From positions 4,038 to 68,037 of IMG/VR virus record IMGVR_UViG_3300033121_001507: DNA of 64,000 bases, one strand, 5' to 3'. This stretch comes from a virus (lineage: Duplodnaviria; Caudoviricetes). Position 1 is the first letter of the stretch; each line of letters starts with the position of its first letter. This document shows positions 27,663-36,172 of this stretch, piece after piece. Under the pieces are notes generated by a model that saw only the letters and a program-made list of their open reading frames with translations, had not been told where the DNA came from and searched no databases. Position numbers and translations under genes: made by a program.

Positions 27663-28191
27663 ATCAAAGCGTGAGTTCTTCACCAAGTGGAATCAGCTTC
27701 TCCTTGGGAACAAACCCCGAACCTACTCTTCTTTCAAAGAAGCATTTCTGTCGGAATGGGGATACTTCTCATTGAGAGAAATCAAAGCAGGAGGAGGTGC
27801 TTTTCAAATCTACCACCGGGTAGAGCTGAAAGCAGCCTGTAGTGAGTGGGATTTCCTAGGGAGAAAATACAGCATCGAGGAGGTCGTTCCAGGTCATCTT
27901 GCTCTGCTTCAAGGCGAGGTAATGAGAGGAACTTCCGGTTGGGAAGGTTACATCGGAATGGCGCATGGACTTCTGATGCGCGAGTCTAAGGCGCAAGGAT
28001 ACATCAAATCAGCGCGTGGGTTGAAAGTGATCTTGGCCTGTAGGACCTACATGGATCCGTCTTCTTTCGATGACATGATGGATCTATTCGAGCTTTACCC
28101 TGATGCAGTCATCGAATTCACTACCTACAAGCAAGACGTAGGGATCATTCCAAACCGCAACACCATCTTCTGGGAAGTGAGAAACTACTAA
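27652..28191 (+). CDS. hypothetical protein, possibly ATP-grasp-like
   Basis: FSLRE, YSIEE, LQGEV, VIEFTTY, IFWEVRNY; coupled to the hydroxymethylase. Confidence 0.6.
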   Translation: MEIKSKREFFTKWNQLLLGNKPRTYSSFKEAFLSEWGYFSLREIKAGGGAFQIYHRVELKAACSEWDFLGRKYSIEEVVPGHLALLQGEVMRGTSGWEGYIGMAHGLLMRESKAQGYIKSARGLKVILACRTYMDPSSFDDMMDLFELYPDAVIEFTTYKQDVGIIPNRNTIFWEVRNY

Positions 28192-28973
28192 TGAGGCTGC
28201 ATGAGCTTCTGAGCTTGAAACGCCCCTTGGTGATTGTTGATTTTGAGACGACTGGAATCCACGTAAACTTTGATCGCATCGTGCAGATTGGTGTCGTCAA
28301 AGTGAAGCCTTCGGGGGAGGTTACTACCTGGAAAACTCTTGTAGACCCGCAGATTCCAATTCCGAAGGAAGCATCCGACGTACACCACATCACCAATGAA
28401 GTTGTGAAAGGACAGCCAACCTTTAGGGAGATTGCTCCTAAATTCCTTGCTGGAATCGACGGTTGTGATTTCTGTGGCTACAACCTAGCACGATTCGACT
28501 TGAAACTCCTGGAAGTAGAAGTCAAGCGGGTTGGGTTGGAAGTTCCTACGAGCTCGAAAGTCGTAGATGTGTTCCGCATCTACCAGAAGATTCGTCCACG
28601 CAATCTTTCCGAATGTTATCGTGATCTCACTGGAAAAGACTTTCCTGATGCACACGATGCCCTCGCGGATTGCAAGGTGACACTGGAGTGCTTGGAAACA
28701 ATCTTGACAAAGCACTCCGAAGCCTATCCTTTGAATACTGTGGATGAGATCCACAAGGACATCTTCGAAACTCCCCCTCCGGGGGCATTGGATCCGGACA
28801 GCAGGATCATTTGGCGGAATGATCAGGCTATCATGAATTTTGGAGATCACTCCGGAAAACTCCTCAGTATGGTTCCAAAGAGCTACTGGTCCTTCATACT
28901 GAAGGCTAACTTCAACCCAACAGTGAAAGAAATCGCGAGGAACGCGATTAATGGAGTGTATCCCCGGAAATAA
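28191..28973 (+). CDS. DEDDh 3'-5' exonuclease (DnaQ-like)
   Basis: VDFETTG, GYNLARFD, AHDALAD; C-terminal FGDHSGK. Confidence 0.9.
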   Translation: MRLHELLSLKRPLVIVDFETTGIHVNFDRIVQIGVVKVKPSGEVTTWKTLVDPQIPIPKEASDVHHITNEVVKGQPTFREIAPKFLAGIDGCDFCGYNLARFDLKLLEVEVKRVGLEVPTSSKVVDVFRIYQKIRPRNLSECYRDLTGKDFPDAHDALADCKVTLECLETILTKHSEAYPLNTVDEIHKDIFETPPPGALDPDSRIIWRNDQAIMNFGDHSGKLLSMVPKSYWSFILKANFNPTVKEIARNAINGVYPRK

Positions 28974-29043
28974 AGTAGCACGCCGGAACGGGCCGTTACG
29001 TGCTATACTGTAAGTAGTAACACGGTAATCACACGAGGGTGTC

Positions 29044-30459
29044 ATGGACAAAAAACAACGTATCGTAGGTCTTGAGATTGAAAACATCAAGAGGGTGTCC
29101 GCTCTGTCTTTGGAGGTTGACAAGGACAAGCCAGTCATCACGATTGGTGGAAGGAACGGGCAGGGTAAGTCCTCTGTCATGGACGCCATCGCTTACAGCC
29201 TTGGTGGCAAGGCACTCATCCCCGAGGAACCTCTCAAGCATGGGGAAACTGAAGGTCATGTGACTGTTGTTCTTGATGACCTTCGCATCACTCGAAACTT
29301 CTATCGCCGTCCGCTGCCTTGTAACTGTGGATCGGAACCACACGACGGGGACTGTGACTCAAACAGGCTTGGTCCAACTCAAACCAATCTGTCAGTCACC
29401 AACAAGGATGGCTTGAAGTATCCATCGGCGCAGTCTCTTCTTGACCGTATTCGTTCCCGCTACACCCTGAATCCTATGGTGTTTGCCGAAGCGGATGAAA
29501 AGACCCAGGCTCAGGCACTTCGATCCCTTGTGGGGATTAACACTACCGAACTCGACGAGACCCGCAAGGCGCTGTATAACCAGCGGACTGATGAACGCAG
29601 GGAGCTCTCTCGCTTGAAGTCCTTGCTTACGTCGCAAAAGTATTACTCGGATGTTCCCTCGGAAGAGGTATCCACCGAGGAACTGCGCCGTGAGCTTCAG
29701 CTCGTTGAAGAAAAGCGTAAGGTTGCCGAGGGTATCGGAAACACGCTCCGCACGCTGTCCACACAGGTTGACAACCTGATTCGTGATCAGAAGCAGGATC
29801 AGGCATCTGTAACTTCCGACCTTGCCAAAATCGATGAGCTTACCGCCTCTATCGCAAAGCTTGAACAGCGCATCAAGGGCATGAACGAAGTCCTGGAGCA
29901 GCGCCGTGTCAAGATTGCGGAAGCCGAACAGGTGGTGTTTGATACTGCGGCAAAGCGAGATGCGGCACTTGCTGAGATCCCAAGCACCGCCGACATCACC
30001 AGTAAGATCACCGAGGCCACGGAGATCAACGAAAAGATCCGGGCGAACCGAGCCTACGCAAGCATCAAAAACTCGCTTGACAAGGTGTCGGATAAAGTCA
30101 ATGGGCTGACAGGGGACATCGCCAAGATTGACGAACAGAAGAAGGATCTCCTTCGCAACGCGAAGTTCCCGCTTCCCGAATTGGGAATTGATCCCGAAAC
30201 GGACATGGTGCTTTACAACGGGATTCCTTTCAGCCAGGCTTCCATGGCTGAACGGTGCCGGACCAGCGTGGCCCTCGGGTTGGAAAGCTATCCCGAACTC
30301 AACATCCTTCTGATCCCGAATGGTAACGTGTTCGACAAGGACACCTTGTCCATCATCTACGAGGAAGCCGAAAAGCGTAATGCCCAGATCTGGATGGAAT
30401 GGGTCACCGACAACAAACAGGAGGTCGTCCTCTACATCGAGGACGGTAAAGTGCTGTGA
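29044..30459 (+). CDS. SMC/Rad50-like ATPase with long coiled coil
   Basis: IENIKRV, Walker A GGRNGQGKSS, coiled coil, degenerate signature and Walker B; extended -10 TGCTATACT at 29001-29009. Confidence 0.82.
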   Translation: MDKKQRIVGLEIENIKRVSALSLEVDKDKPVITIGGRNGQGKSSVMDAIAYSLGGKALIPEEPLKHGETEGHVTVVLDDLRITRNFYRRPLPCNCGSEPHDGDCDSNRLGPTQTNLSVTNKDGLKYPSAQSLLDRIRSRYTLNPMVFAEADEKTQAQALRSLVGINTTELDETRKALYNQRTDERRELSRLKSLLTSQKYYSDVPSEEVSTEELRRELQLVEEKRKVAEGIGNTLRTLSTQVDNLIRDQKQDQASVTSDLAKIDELTASIAKLEQRIKGMNEVLEQRRVKIAEAEQVVFDTAAKRDAALAEIPSTADITSKITEATEINEKIRANRAYASIKNSLDKVSDKVNGLTGDIAKIDEQKKDLLRNAKFPLPELGIDPETDMVLYNGIPFSQASMAERCRTSVALGLESYPELNILLIPNGNVFDKDTLSIIYEEAEKRNAQIWMEWVTDNKQEVVLYIEDGKVL

Positions 30460-30692
30460 TGTCTGAAGCCTGTTTCGCCATTAAGGTTCTCACATTCACC
30501 GGATTCTTGTTCTTCAGTATCGTTCTGGTGATGTGGATAGCCGGTCAGATCATGCTGGCAAAGAAGTCCAAGCAGAAACGGGTATACACGGTTAAGGAAG
30601 GAAGCTGGTATGACCCCTCGGTGTGGGATGTTGGTCGGTGCCCACGGAATGACGAGATTGCTGTGCTTCGCCATAACGTAAAGATTCCTTAG
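30459..30692 (+). CDS. small membrane protein
   Basis: N-terminal TM helix. Confidence 0.55.
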   Translation: MSEACFAIKVLTFTGFLFFSIVLVMWIAGQIMLAKKSKQKRVYTVKEGSWYDPSVWDVGRCPRNDEIAVLRHNVKIP

Positions 30693-30700
30693 GAGGTCCT

Positions 30701-31003
30701 GTGAGTGTCTGCTCTGACGTTGTAACACACGAGTCCTACGAAGCTGCTATGACGGCTAAGTGGGGAATGGCGCAGCGCGGAGTAGACACCACTAAACTCC
30801 GTCCTGAGAAATGTTCAGTGTGCAACCACTGGCATCTTCGAAGGGTTGGTATCGAACCGGTGTCGTTCAGGAATAACCATTACTTTGAGTGCCGTGATTG
30901 TGGGCACGAGTGGATGGCTCCTATTGGTAGAAACTGCCCCAAGTGTGGTAGTGAGGTTATTCAAGACATGGGACCTCGCCACATTGGGTATATTCGAGCT
31001 TAA
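30701..31003 (+). CDS. zinc-finger protein
   Basis: CSVC...HWH, CRDC, CPKC. Confidence 0.7.
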   Translation: MSVCSDVVTHESYEAAMTAKWGMAQRGVDTTKLRPEKCSVCNHWHLRRVGIEPVSFRNNHYFECRDCGHEWMAPIGRNCPKCGSEVIQDMGPRHIGYIRA

Positions 31004-31133
31004 CGGGTCCACAGGCTCATATTGTGTGCGGGACAGAGTTCACACTAACTGCGGTACAGTCGGGTGTGGATTCGATGCCCGAGCTGGGAGTGACCTGAAA
31101 CGGGCGTAGACCGTTTCCCCGTTAATAACAGGA

Positions 31134-31382
31134 GTGGTGATGGCTAGAATCTTCAAAATGGCAACAATTCCACTGTCAGATGCTTTGACGATTTCGTCCA
31201 TGTCACAAACTGACAGATATCTCAAAGCAAAGAGTCTTGGTCTTCACACAACGGAAGCACTGATTGAATTGACTCTTCATACCCTGACAGAACAATGTCT
31301 CCAAAACGAGGAAGCTCGTAACGCTCAGGAGCAGATGTATCGAGATAGAGCAGAGGAGGTATCCAATGCACAGAATTCCTAG
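31134..31382 (+). CDS. hypothetical protein
   Basis: AGGAG RBS; start uncertain. Confidence 0.5.
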   Translation: MVMARIFKMATIPLSDALTISSMSQTDRYLKAKSLGLHTTEALIELTLHTLTEQCLQNEEARNAQEQMYRDRAEEVSNAQNS

Positions 31383-31662
31383 AGAATACGTAGTCTTCTT
31401 CGAAGGCATGGCAAAGGGTAACATTCCAAAAAACTTCAGCATCAGGTTGTGGGCTTATGATGTGATGGATGCGGCCTTATCCGCGGGAATCAAAGCCACC
31501 AACACCTACCCCGGCAATGATCACAAAATCGTGGATATTGCCCCTCCCATGGATTTGATTGCCGAATCAAGTTACAAAGCTAACAACCTGATTGATGCAA
31601 TCATGAGGACAGCAAAGGAGCATTCTGGTGACAGCAGCGGAAAAACTCCTTCTGGAAAATAG
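31366..31662 (+). CDS. hypothetical protein
   Basis: GGAGG RBS. Confidence 0.6.
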   Translation: MHRIPREYVVFFEGMAKGNIPKNFSIRLWAYDVMDAALSAGIKATNTYPGNDHKIVDIAPPMDLIAESSYKANNLIDAIMRTAKEHSGDSSGKTPSGK

Positions 31663-33232
31663 CCGTAGGACTCCATATAATCACCAGATTGTAGGGGTGA
31701 TGGAGTTGTTTGCGGATACAAACGAGGCTTCGGGCAGGGTCATCCCCAACTGTCTTGCTATCTTCGATGAGATGGGAGCAGGTAAGACAAAGCAGGTGAT
31801 TGATGCTGCCATGCTACTCTATATCGCTGGAAAGATCGACCGAGTAGTAGTGGTGTGCCCTGCCAGTGTAAGGAGTGTTTGGTACGATCCCGAGTATGGT
31901 CAGCTACGTGATCATATGTGGACCATGGTACCAGCCCTAGTAACTGAATACCACTCGAAGTTTCGCCAATGGCGTTGGGGGAAAGATACACCGAACAAGC
32001 TGAAATGGATCATTACGAATTACGACTATATTCGTAATGAAGATCATCTCAACTTTCTCAAGGCCCATGTTGGTAAGAAGACTTTGCTGGTGGTAGATGA
32101 ATCTAGTGCCATCAAGAGTCCTAAAGCTGCTCAGTCAAAAGCAGTCATGGCCTTGAGAATCAGGTGTGGTCGAGTTGTGATCCTCAACGGCACACCGACG
32201 AGTCAGGGTCCGGGAGACTTGTATTTCCAAGCGCAGGTCATGGATCCTAGGATCCTACAGTGCAAGACTTGGTTCAACTTCCGAGCGAGATACGGAGTCC
32301 TCGGGGGTTACATGGGTAAGCAGGTGGTGTCGTGGACCAACCTTGAAGATCTTCAGCGACGAATGGCACCCTATGTCCTTCGCCGTTTGAAAGAAGACTG
32401 CCTTGACTTGCCTGAGAAACTTCCTCCACAGGTAATCACTATTACTTTGAAGGAATCCACTTGGAAAATCTATGACAATATGCGGCAGGACATGGTTGCT
32501 TGGCTGAATACTTCCGAGGCAAGTATCGCCCAACAAGCGATCGTAAAAGCTATGCGGTTGTCCCAGATCACCTCGGGATTCCTCGGAGGTGTTGAGGATC
32601 TGAGAAAGAAGTTTGACGATGGAACTGATGCACCTGATTGGATGGAGCAGGATCCATTGTCAGATGATTGGGAAGACAAGATCTACTCGACGGACATGGT
32701 TCGCGAGATTGGAGATGAAAAGCTCACTGCGTTCATGAGTTGGTTTCATGACCGATTGTTCGTCGACCCTAACTTCAAGGTTTTGGTGTGGTGCCGATAT
32801 CGTCACGAAGTAGCGCGTGTCGTAGAAGCCCTAAAGACCAAGTATCACGAATTGGGAGTTGGTGAGATCCGAGGAGGGCAGAGCAGGGATGACAGGAACT
32901 TTGCACTACGATTGCTTGATCCTGTGTCGGCTCCTACGGGTCCAGCGGTAGTGGTAGGCACTCCGAAGTCTGGTTCCATGGGATTGAATTTGACAGCATC
33001 CCACACTGTCATCTACATGAGTAACGACTACTCCCTGATGACACGTCAGCAGTCGGAAGATAGAGTGCATCGTCCTCCTCAGAGGAATGTGGTAGAATAC
33101 TTCGATATGGTTGCAGTTGGTCCAAATGGGCAGAAGACCATTGACCACACAATCATCAAGGCTCTGAGGGACAAGTTCAATCTGGCGAAACTGACAACAA
33201 GTGCATGGGTAACGGAACTGACTGAAGAATGA
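31628..33232 (+). CDS. SNF2-like superfamily 2 helicase
   Basis: DEMGAGKT, VVDESS, LNGTP, LRRLK, GLNLT, QSEDRVHR. Confidence 0.9.
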   Translation: MTAAEKLLLENSRRTPYNHQIVGVMELFADTNEASGRVIPNCLAIFDEMGAGKTKQVIDAAMLLYIAGKIDRVVVVCPASVRSVWYDPEYGQLRDHMWTMVPALVTEYHSKFRQWRWGKDTPNKLKWIITNYDYIRNEDHLNFLKAHVGKKTLLVVDESSAIKSPKAAQSKAVMALRIRCGRVVILNGTPTSQGPGDLYFQAQVMDPRILQCKTWFNFRARYGVLGGYMGKQVVSWTNLEDLQRRMAPYVLRRLKEDCLDLPEKLPPQVITITLKESTWKIYDNMRQDMVAWLNTSEASIAQQAIVKAMRLSQITSGFLGGVEDLRKKFDDGTDAPDWMEQDPLSDDWEDKIYSTDMVREIGDEKLTAFMSWFHDRLFVDPNFKVLVWCRYRHEVARVVEALKTKYHELGVGEIRGGQSRDDRNFALRLLDPVSAPTGPAVVVGTPKSGSMGLNLTASHTVIYMSNDYSLMTRQQSEDRVHRPPQRNVVEYFDMVAVGPNGQKTIDHTIIKALRDKFNLAKLTTSAWVTELTEE

Positions 33233-33238
33233 TAACAC

Positions 33239-33267
33239 TTTACTTTCCAGCCCGTTACAGGTATACT
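33239..33267 (+). promoter_or_regulatory. sigma70-like promoter
   Basis: TTTACT-N17-TATACT. Confidence 0.75.
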
Positions 33268-33320
33268 GTAAGGGTAAAAGGTAAGGGTTAGCCCTCACCT
33301 AAACCAGTCCAACGGAGGAC

Positions 33321-33905
33321 ATGATGGCTCGTAAATACTCGAAGGAACTGCTGGCAACACTCTCACGAGATAGCTTCGTTGACCCATCGCGGCGCGCAGT
33401 AATCAATCATCTCCAGAACACATCCTTCTCCGGTCTGTCGAAGACCTCTGACATCGTTGACAAGTATGTCGAACTGCGTAAGAAGAAAGCAGTCATCGAC
33501 GCGAAGCTCAAGGATGTCAATCTTCTTCTAGAAGCCATTGGTGAGATGCTCATCAAACAGTATGAGGCGCAGGGTATTGACACAATGCGCCTCGTGTCGG
33601 GAGCGTCAGTGGCGGTAAACCCCGAACCAAAGGTTCGCGTCACGGATCCTGATGCCTGTCGTGAGTGGGCAAAGAAGGAAGGGTTGGAACGTCTGCTGAG
33701 TATTCCATGGCAGACACTCAATTCCATGGCAAAGGAACGGCTTCTCTCGGGAGACCCCTTCCCCGAGGGCACGGAGCTCAAGACGCGGGATAAGATTGTC
33801 TACCGCAAGCCCCGTGGTGCTTCGGACGTCGAGGAGTCTGATATTGATGACTTCTCTTACGAAGTTGAAAGGGAAGCGGAAGACACCGACGGATACGACA
33901 ACTGA
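33321..33905 (+). CDS. Gam/Gp157-like replication-associated protein
   Basis: Coiled coil followed by VTDPDACREWAKKEG...WQTLN..KERL; acidic tail; precedes the SSB. Confidence 0.55.
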   Translation: MMARKYSKELLATLSRDSFVDPSRRAVINHLQNTSFSGLSKTSDIVDKYVELRKKKAVIDAKLKDVNLLLEAIGEMLIKQYEAQGIDTMRLVSGASVAVNPEPKVRVTDPDACREWAKKEGLERLLSIPWQTLNSMAKERLLSGDPFPEGTELKTRDKIVYRKPRGASDVEESDIDDFSYEVEREAEDTDGYDN

Positions 33906-33916
33906 TTGGAGGACAG

Positions 33917-34177
33917 ATGAAAAGCCCAATTGCGATGGCAGCCAAATCGAAGAAGCCGACCAATGCTGACACGCACCGCGAAAAGTATCGTGTGGAGGTC
34001 AAGGATCTCAGCACCGCTGACCTCAAGAATCGGCTTCTCCACGTCGATGAACAGATCGAAGATACGACCGAGTTCATCGAAGAGACCATGCAGGTTCTCA
34101 AGGACGCCCGTAAGAAACTCGAAGTCTTGCGGCGACAGTCCGAAGTCCTTATCACCGAGTGTGATAAGCGTTCGTAA
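33917..34177 (+). CDS. coiled-coil hypothetical protein
   Basis: GGAGG RBS. Confidence 0.65.
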   Translation: MKSPIAMAAKSKKPTNADTHREKYRVEVKDLSTADLKNRLLHVDEQIEDTTEFIEETMQVLKDARKKLEVLRRQSEVLITECDKRS

Positions 34178-34205
34178 CACACAACCAACAAGGACCAGAG
34201 AAATC

Positions 34206-34961
34206 ATGACCGAAGAAAACAAGCTGATGACGATGGCGAACAACATGGCCCCGAGCTACATTGGGGATTCACTGGAGGGCACCGAGGACATTTCTCGCCA
34301 GGACCTCCAGGTTCCGTCCCTGAAACTCGCCCAGGCCATGTCTCCAGAAGTCACCGAGGGAGATGCGAAGTTCATCCCTGAACTGCGGCCCGGTAACTTC
34401 TTCAACACCGTGACGAAGGAAATCTACGGAAAGGCCATTCAGCGTGTGGCGATCCTTCGTGCTGATCCTCCTCGTTACGTGGAGTTTATTCCTCGGAGTG
34501 AGGGAGGTGGCGTGAAGGATCCGAACGTCCCTGCAAACGATCCACGCACTCAGTTCCGCACCGACCCGGCAACCGGCAAGCCCCTGCCACCGATTGCTAC
34601 CAAGTACTACGACTACGTTATCGTCAATCTGGATACGATGGAACCCATCCAGATGTCCCTGAAGGGAATGGCGTTGAAGTCAGCAAAGAACCTCAACGCA
34701 ATGATCAAGCTTTCCGGGAAAGCGATCTACGCGAAGGTCTACAGGGTGATGTCCATCGGGGACAAGAACTCGAAGGGTCCGTTCCACAACTGGTCGTTCA
34801 TCCCGAACGGTTGGGTTGGTGAGAATGAATACTTGGTGCTCAAGGAAATGTTCGCTTCCTTCAAGGATCGCGTGATCGAACATACCGACCTCGAGGAAGA
34901 GGAACACGACTCTGTGGATCCGGGAGACGGCGACACGTCGTTCGATACGTCCACCATGTAG
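34206..34961 (+). CDS. putative single-stranded DNA-binding protein
   Basis: EGTEDI...DL..P.LKLAQAMSPEV; aromatic beta core; strongly acidic C-tail. Confidence 0.65.
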   Translation: MTEENKLMTMANNMAPSYIGDSLEGTEDISRQDLQVPSLKLAQAMSPEVTEGDAKFIPELRPGNFFNTVTKEIYGKAIQRVAILRADPPRYVEFIPRSEGGGVKDPNVPANDPRTQFRTDPATGKPLPPIATKYYDYVIVNLDTMEPIQMSLKGMALKSAKNLNAMIKLSGKAIYAKVYRVMSIGDKNSKGPFHNWSFIPNGWVGENEYLVLKEMFASFKDRVIEHTDLEEEEHDSVDPGDGDTSFDTSTM

Positions 34962-34982
34962 TTCGCAAGAGCTGCACGAAGG

Positions 34983-35015
34983 GCCGAGTCGGGAAACTGA
35001 CTCGGCTCTTCTTTT
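34983..35015 (+). terminator. intrinsic terminator ending rightward transcription
   Basis: GCCGAGTC-gggaaact-GACTCGGC followed by TCTTCTTTT. Confidence 0.75.
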
Positions 35016-35202
35016 GTACACTCGAAAGATATCGTTTGATAACTGGAGAAAGGACCGGGTTGGTGGGTTGGGCGTGTGGCTACGCGCCCCGGCAACCGGC
35101 CCCGCTTGCCCGTGGTAGGGCGTACAGCCACGGGCAGCTAGTGTGTATGCGGCCCTATAGCGCGGCCCGTACAGGCCACGCTATAGGGTGTCCGTTCAGG
35201 GG

Positions 35203-35457
35203 TTACTTTGCGATTTCCTGCCGAGCGAGTTCTTCGACTTCCTTCCAAGGAGCCTGTGCCGCGACTTTTGCTGCCACGAGTTCCTCGGTAGTAATCTCAG
35301 GATCTTCTTCTGTCTTTGCCCGAGAAGCCATGATCACTGCCACGATGTTCTTCACCGCGGGAGCAATCTCCGTGAGAATGATTTTGATATCCTTCACCCG
35401 CACGAGAGATCCAACCACACTGTTGATGATTGTGTCGAGGGTCATCTTAATCCTCAC
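35203..35457 (-). CDS. hypothetical protein at the end of the lysis cluster
   Basis: ATGA-coupled to the upstream gene. Confidence 0.6.
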   Translation of the reverse strand: MRIKMTLDTIINSVVGSLVRVKDIKIILTEIAPAVKNIVAVIMASRAKTEEDPEITTEELVAAKVAAQAPWKEVEELARQEIAK

Positions 35458-36122
35458 AGAGTTGACGCCATACGAATGACGTTGATTGCGGCAGTGATAG
35501 TCGCACGAGCAGTCGTGTTAGGGATTGCCTGAGCATCCTGATCGATCTTGTCCAGCTGATTTGCGACACGCTGCATGAATGCCTGTGCCGTCTGTCCTTC
35601 AGACATGGACCACATGATATCAGTTCCAGACTGAACCACAAGGGACAAATCAAGGAGACCCTGCTGGATCAGCTTATGGGTGCCGTCGGGAATCTGACCC
35701 ATGTTGTGAAGGCTAATTTCGATCTTCTGAGCCTGAAGAGTCAGTTCTCCAGCCATCTTGATCTTCGTGCCGTAGTTGATCAAGTCAGCTTTCGTAATCG
35801 TCTTCACTTCCGGAAGCTTGACCGTGGTTTTCCCACAACCAATAACCAGAAGCGGAGAAACCACAAGAGCCAGGATCAGCAAGGTAGCCGTCGGAACCTG
35901 AGTCTTGTTTGTCTTCCCCGACGAAGGAAGCCATGACAGACCGAGCTTACCGCTAACCGCGAGGATCACGGTATACAGGAACCGGATCCGTGCAACAATC
36001 TCTGGGGACAATCCCAAAGAGGATGCATCCGCAGGAGAGAGATAGACGAAGCACTCAAGGACCGTTGCCAGAAGCGCACCGCCCCAGAACAGAATCTTCC
36101 ACAGCATAGAATCGCGAGTCAT
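35454..36122 (-). CDS. membrane protein: holin-like TM region plus internal lipobox-like segment
   Basis: Two N-terminal hydrophobic helices; LLILALVVSPLLVIGC; helical C-terminus. Confidence 0.6.
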   Translation of the reverse strand: MTRDSMLWKILFWGGALLATVLECFVYLSPADASSLGLSPEIVARIRFLYTVILAVSGKLGLSWLPSSGKTNKTQVPTATLLILALVVSPLLVIGCGKTTVKLPEVKTITKADLINYGTKIKMAGELTLQAQKIEISLHNMGQIPDGTHKLIQQGLLDLSLVVQSGTDIMWSMSEGQTAQAFMQRVANQLDKIDQDAQAIPNTTARATITAAINVIRMASTL

Positions 36123-36172
36123 GTGATCTCCTAGTGAATTACGGGTTTACACAGCAAACCATTATCGATTGG

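Noticed and set aside
30459-30692. GSWYDPSVW..GRCP resemblance to the tail solenoid repeat
   Set aside because: A single short match; chance cannot be excluded
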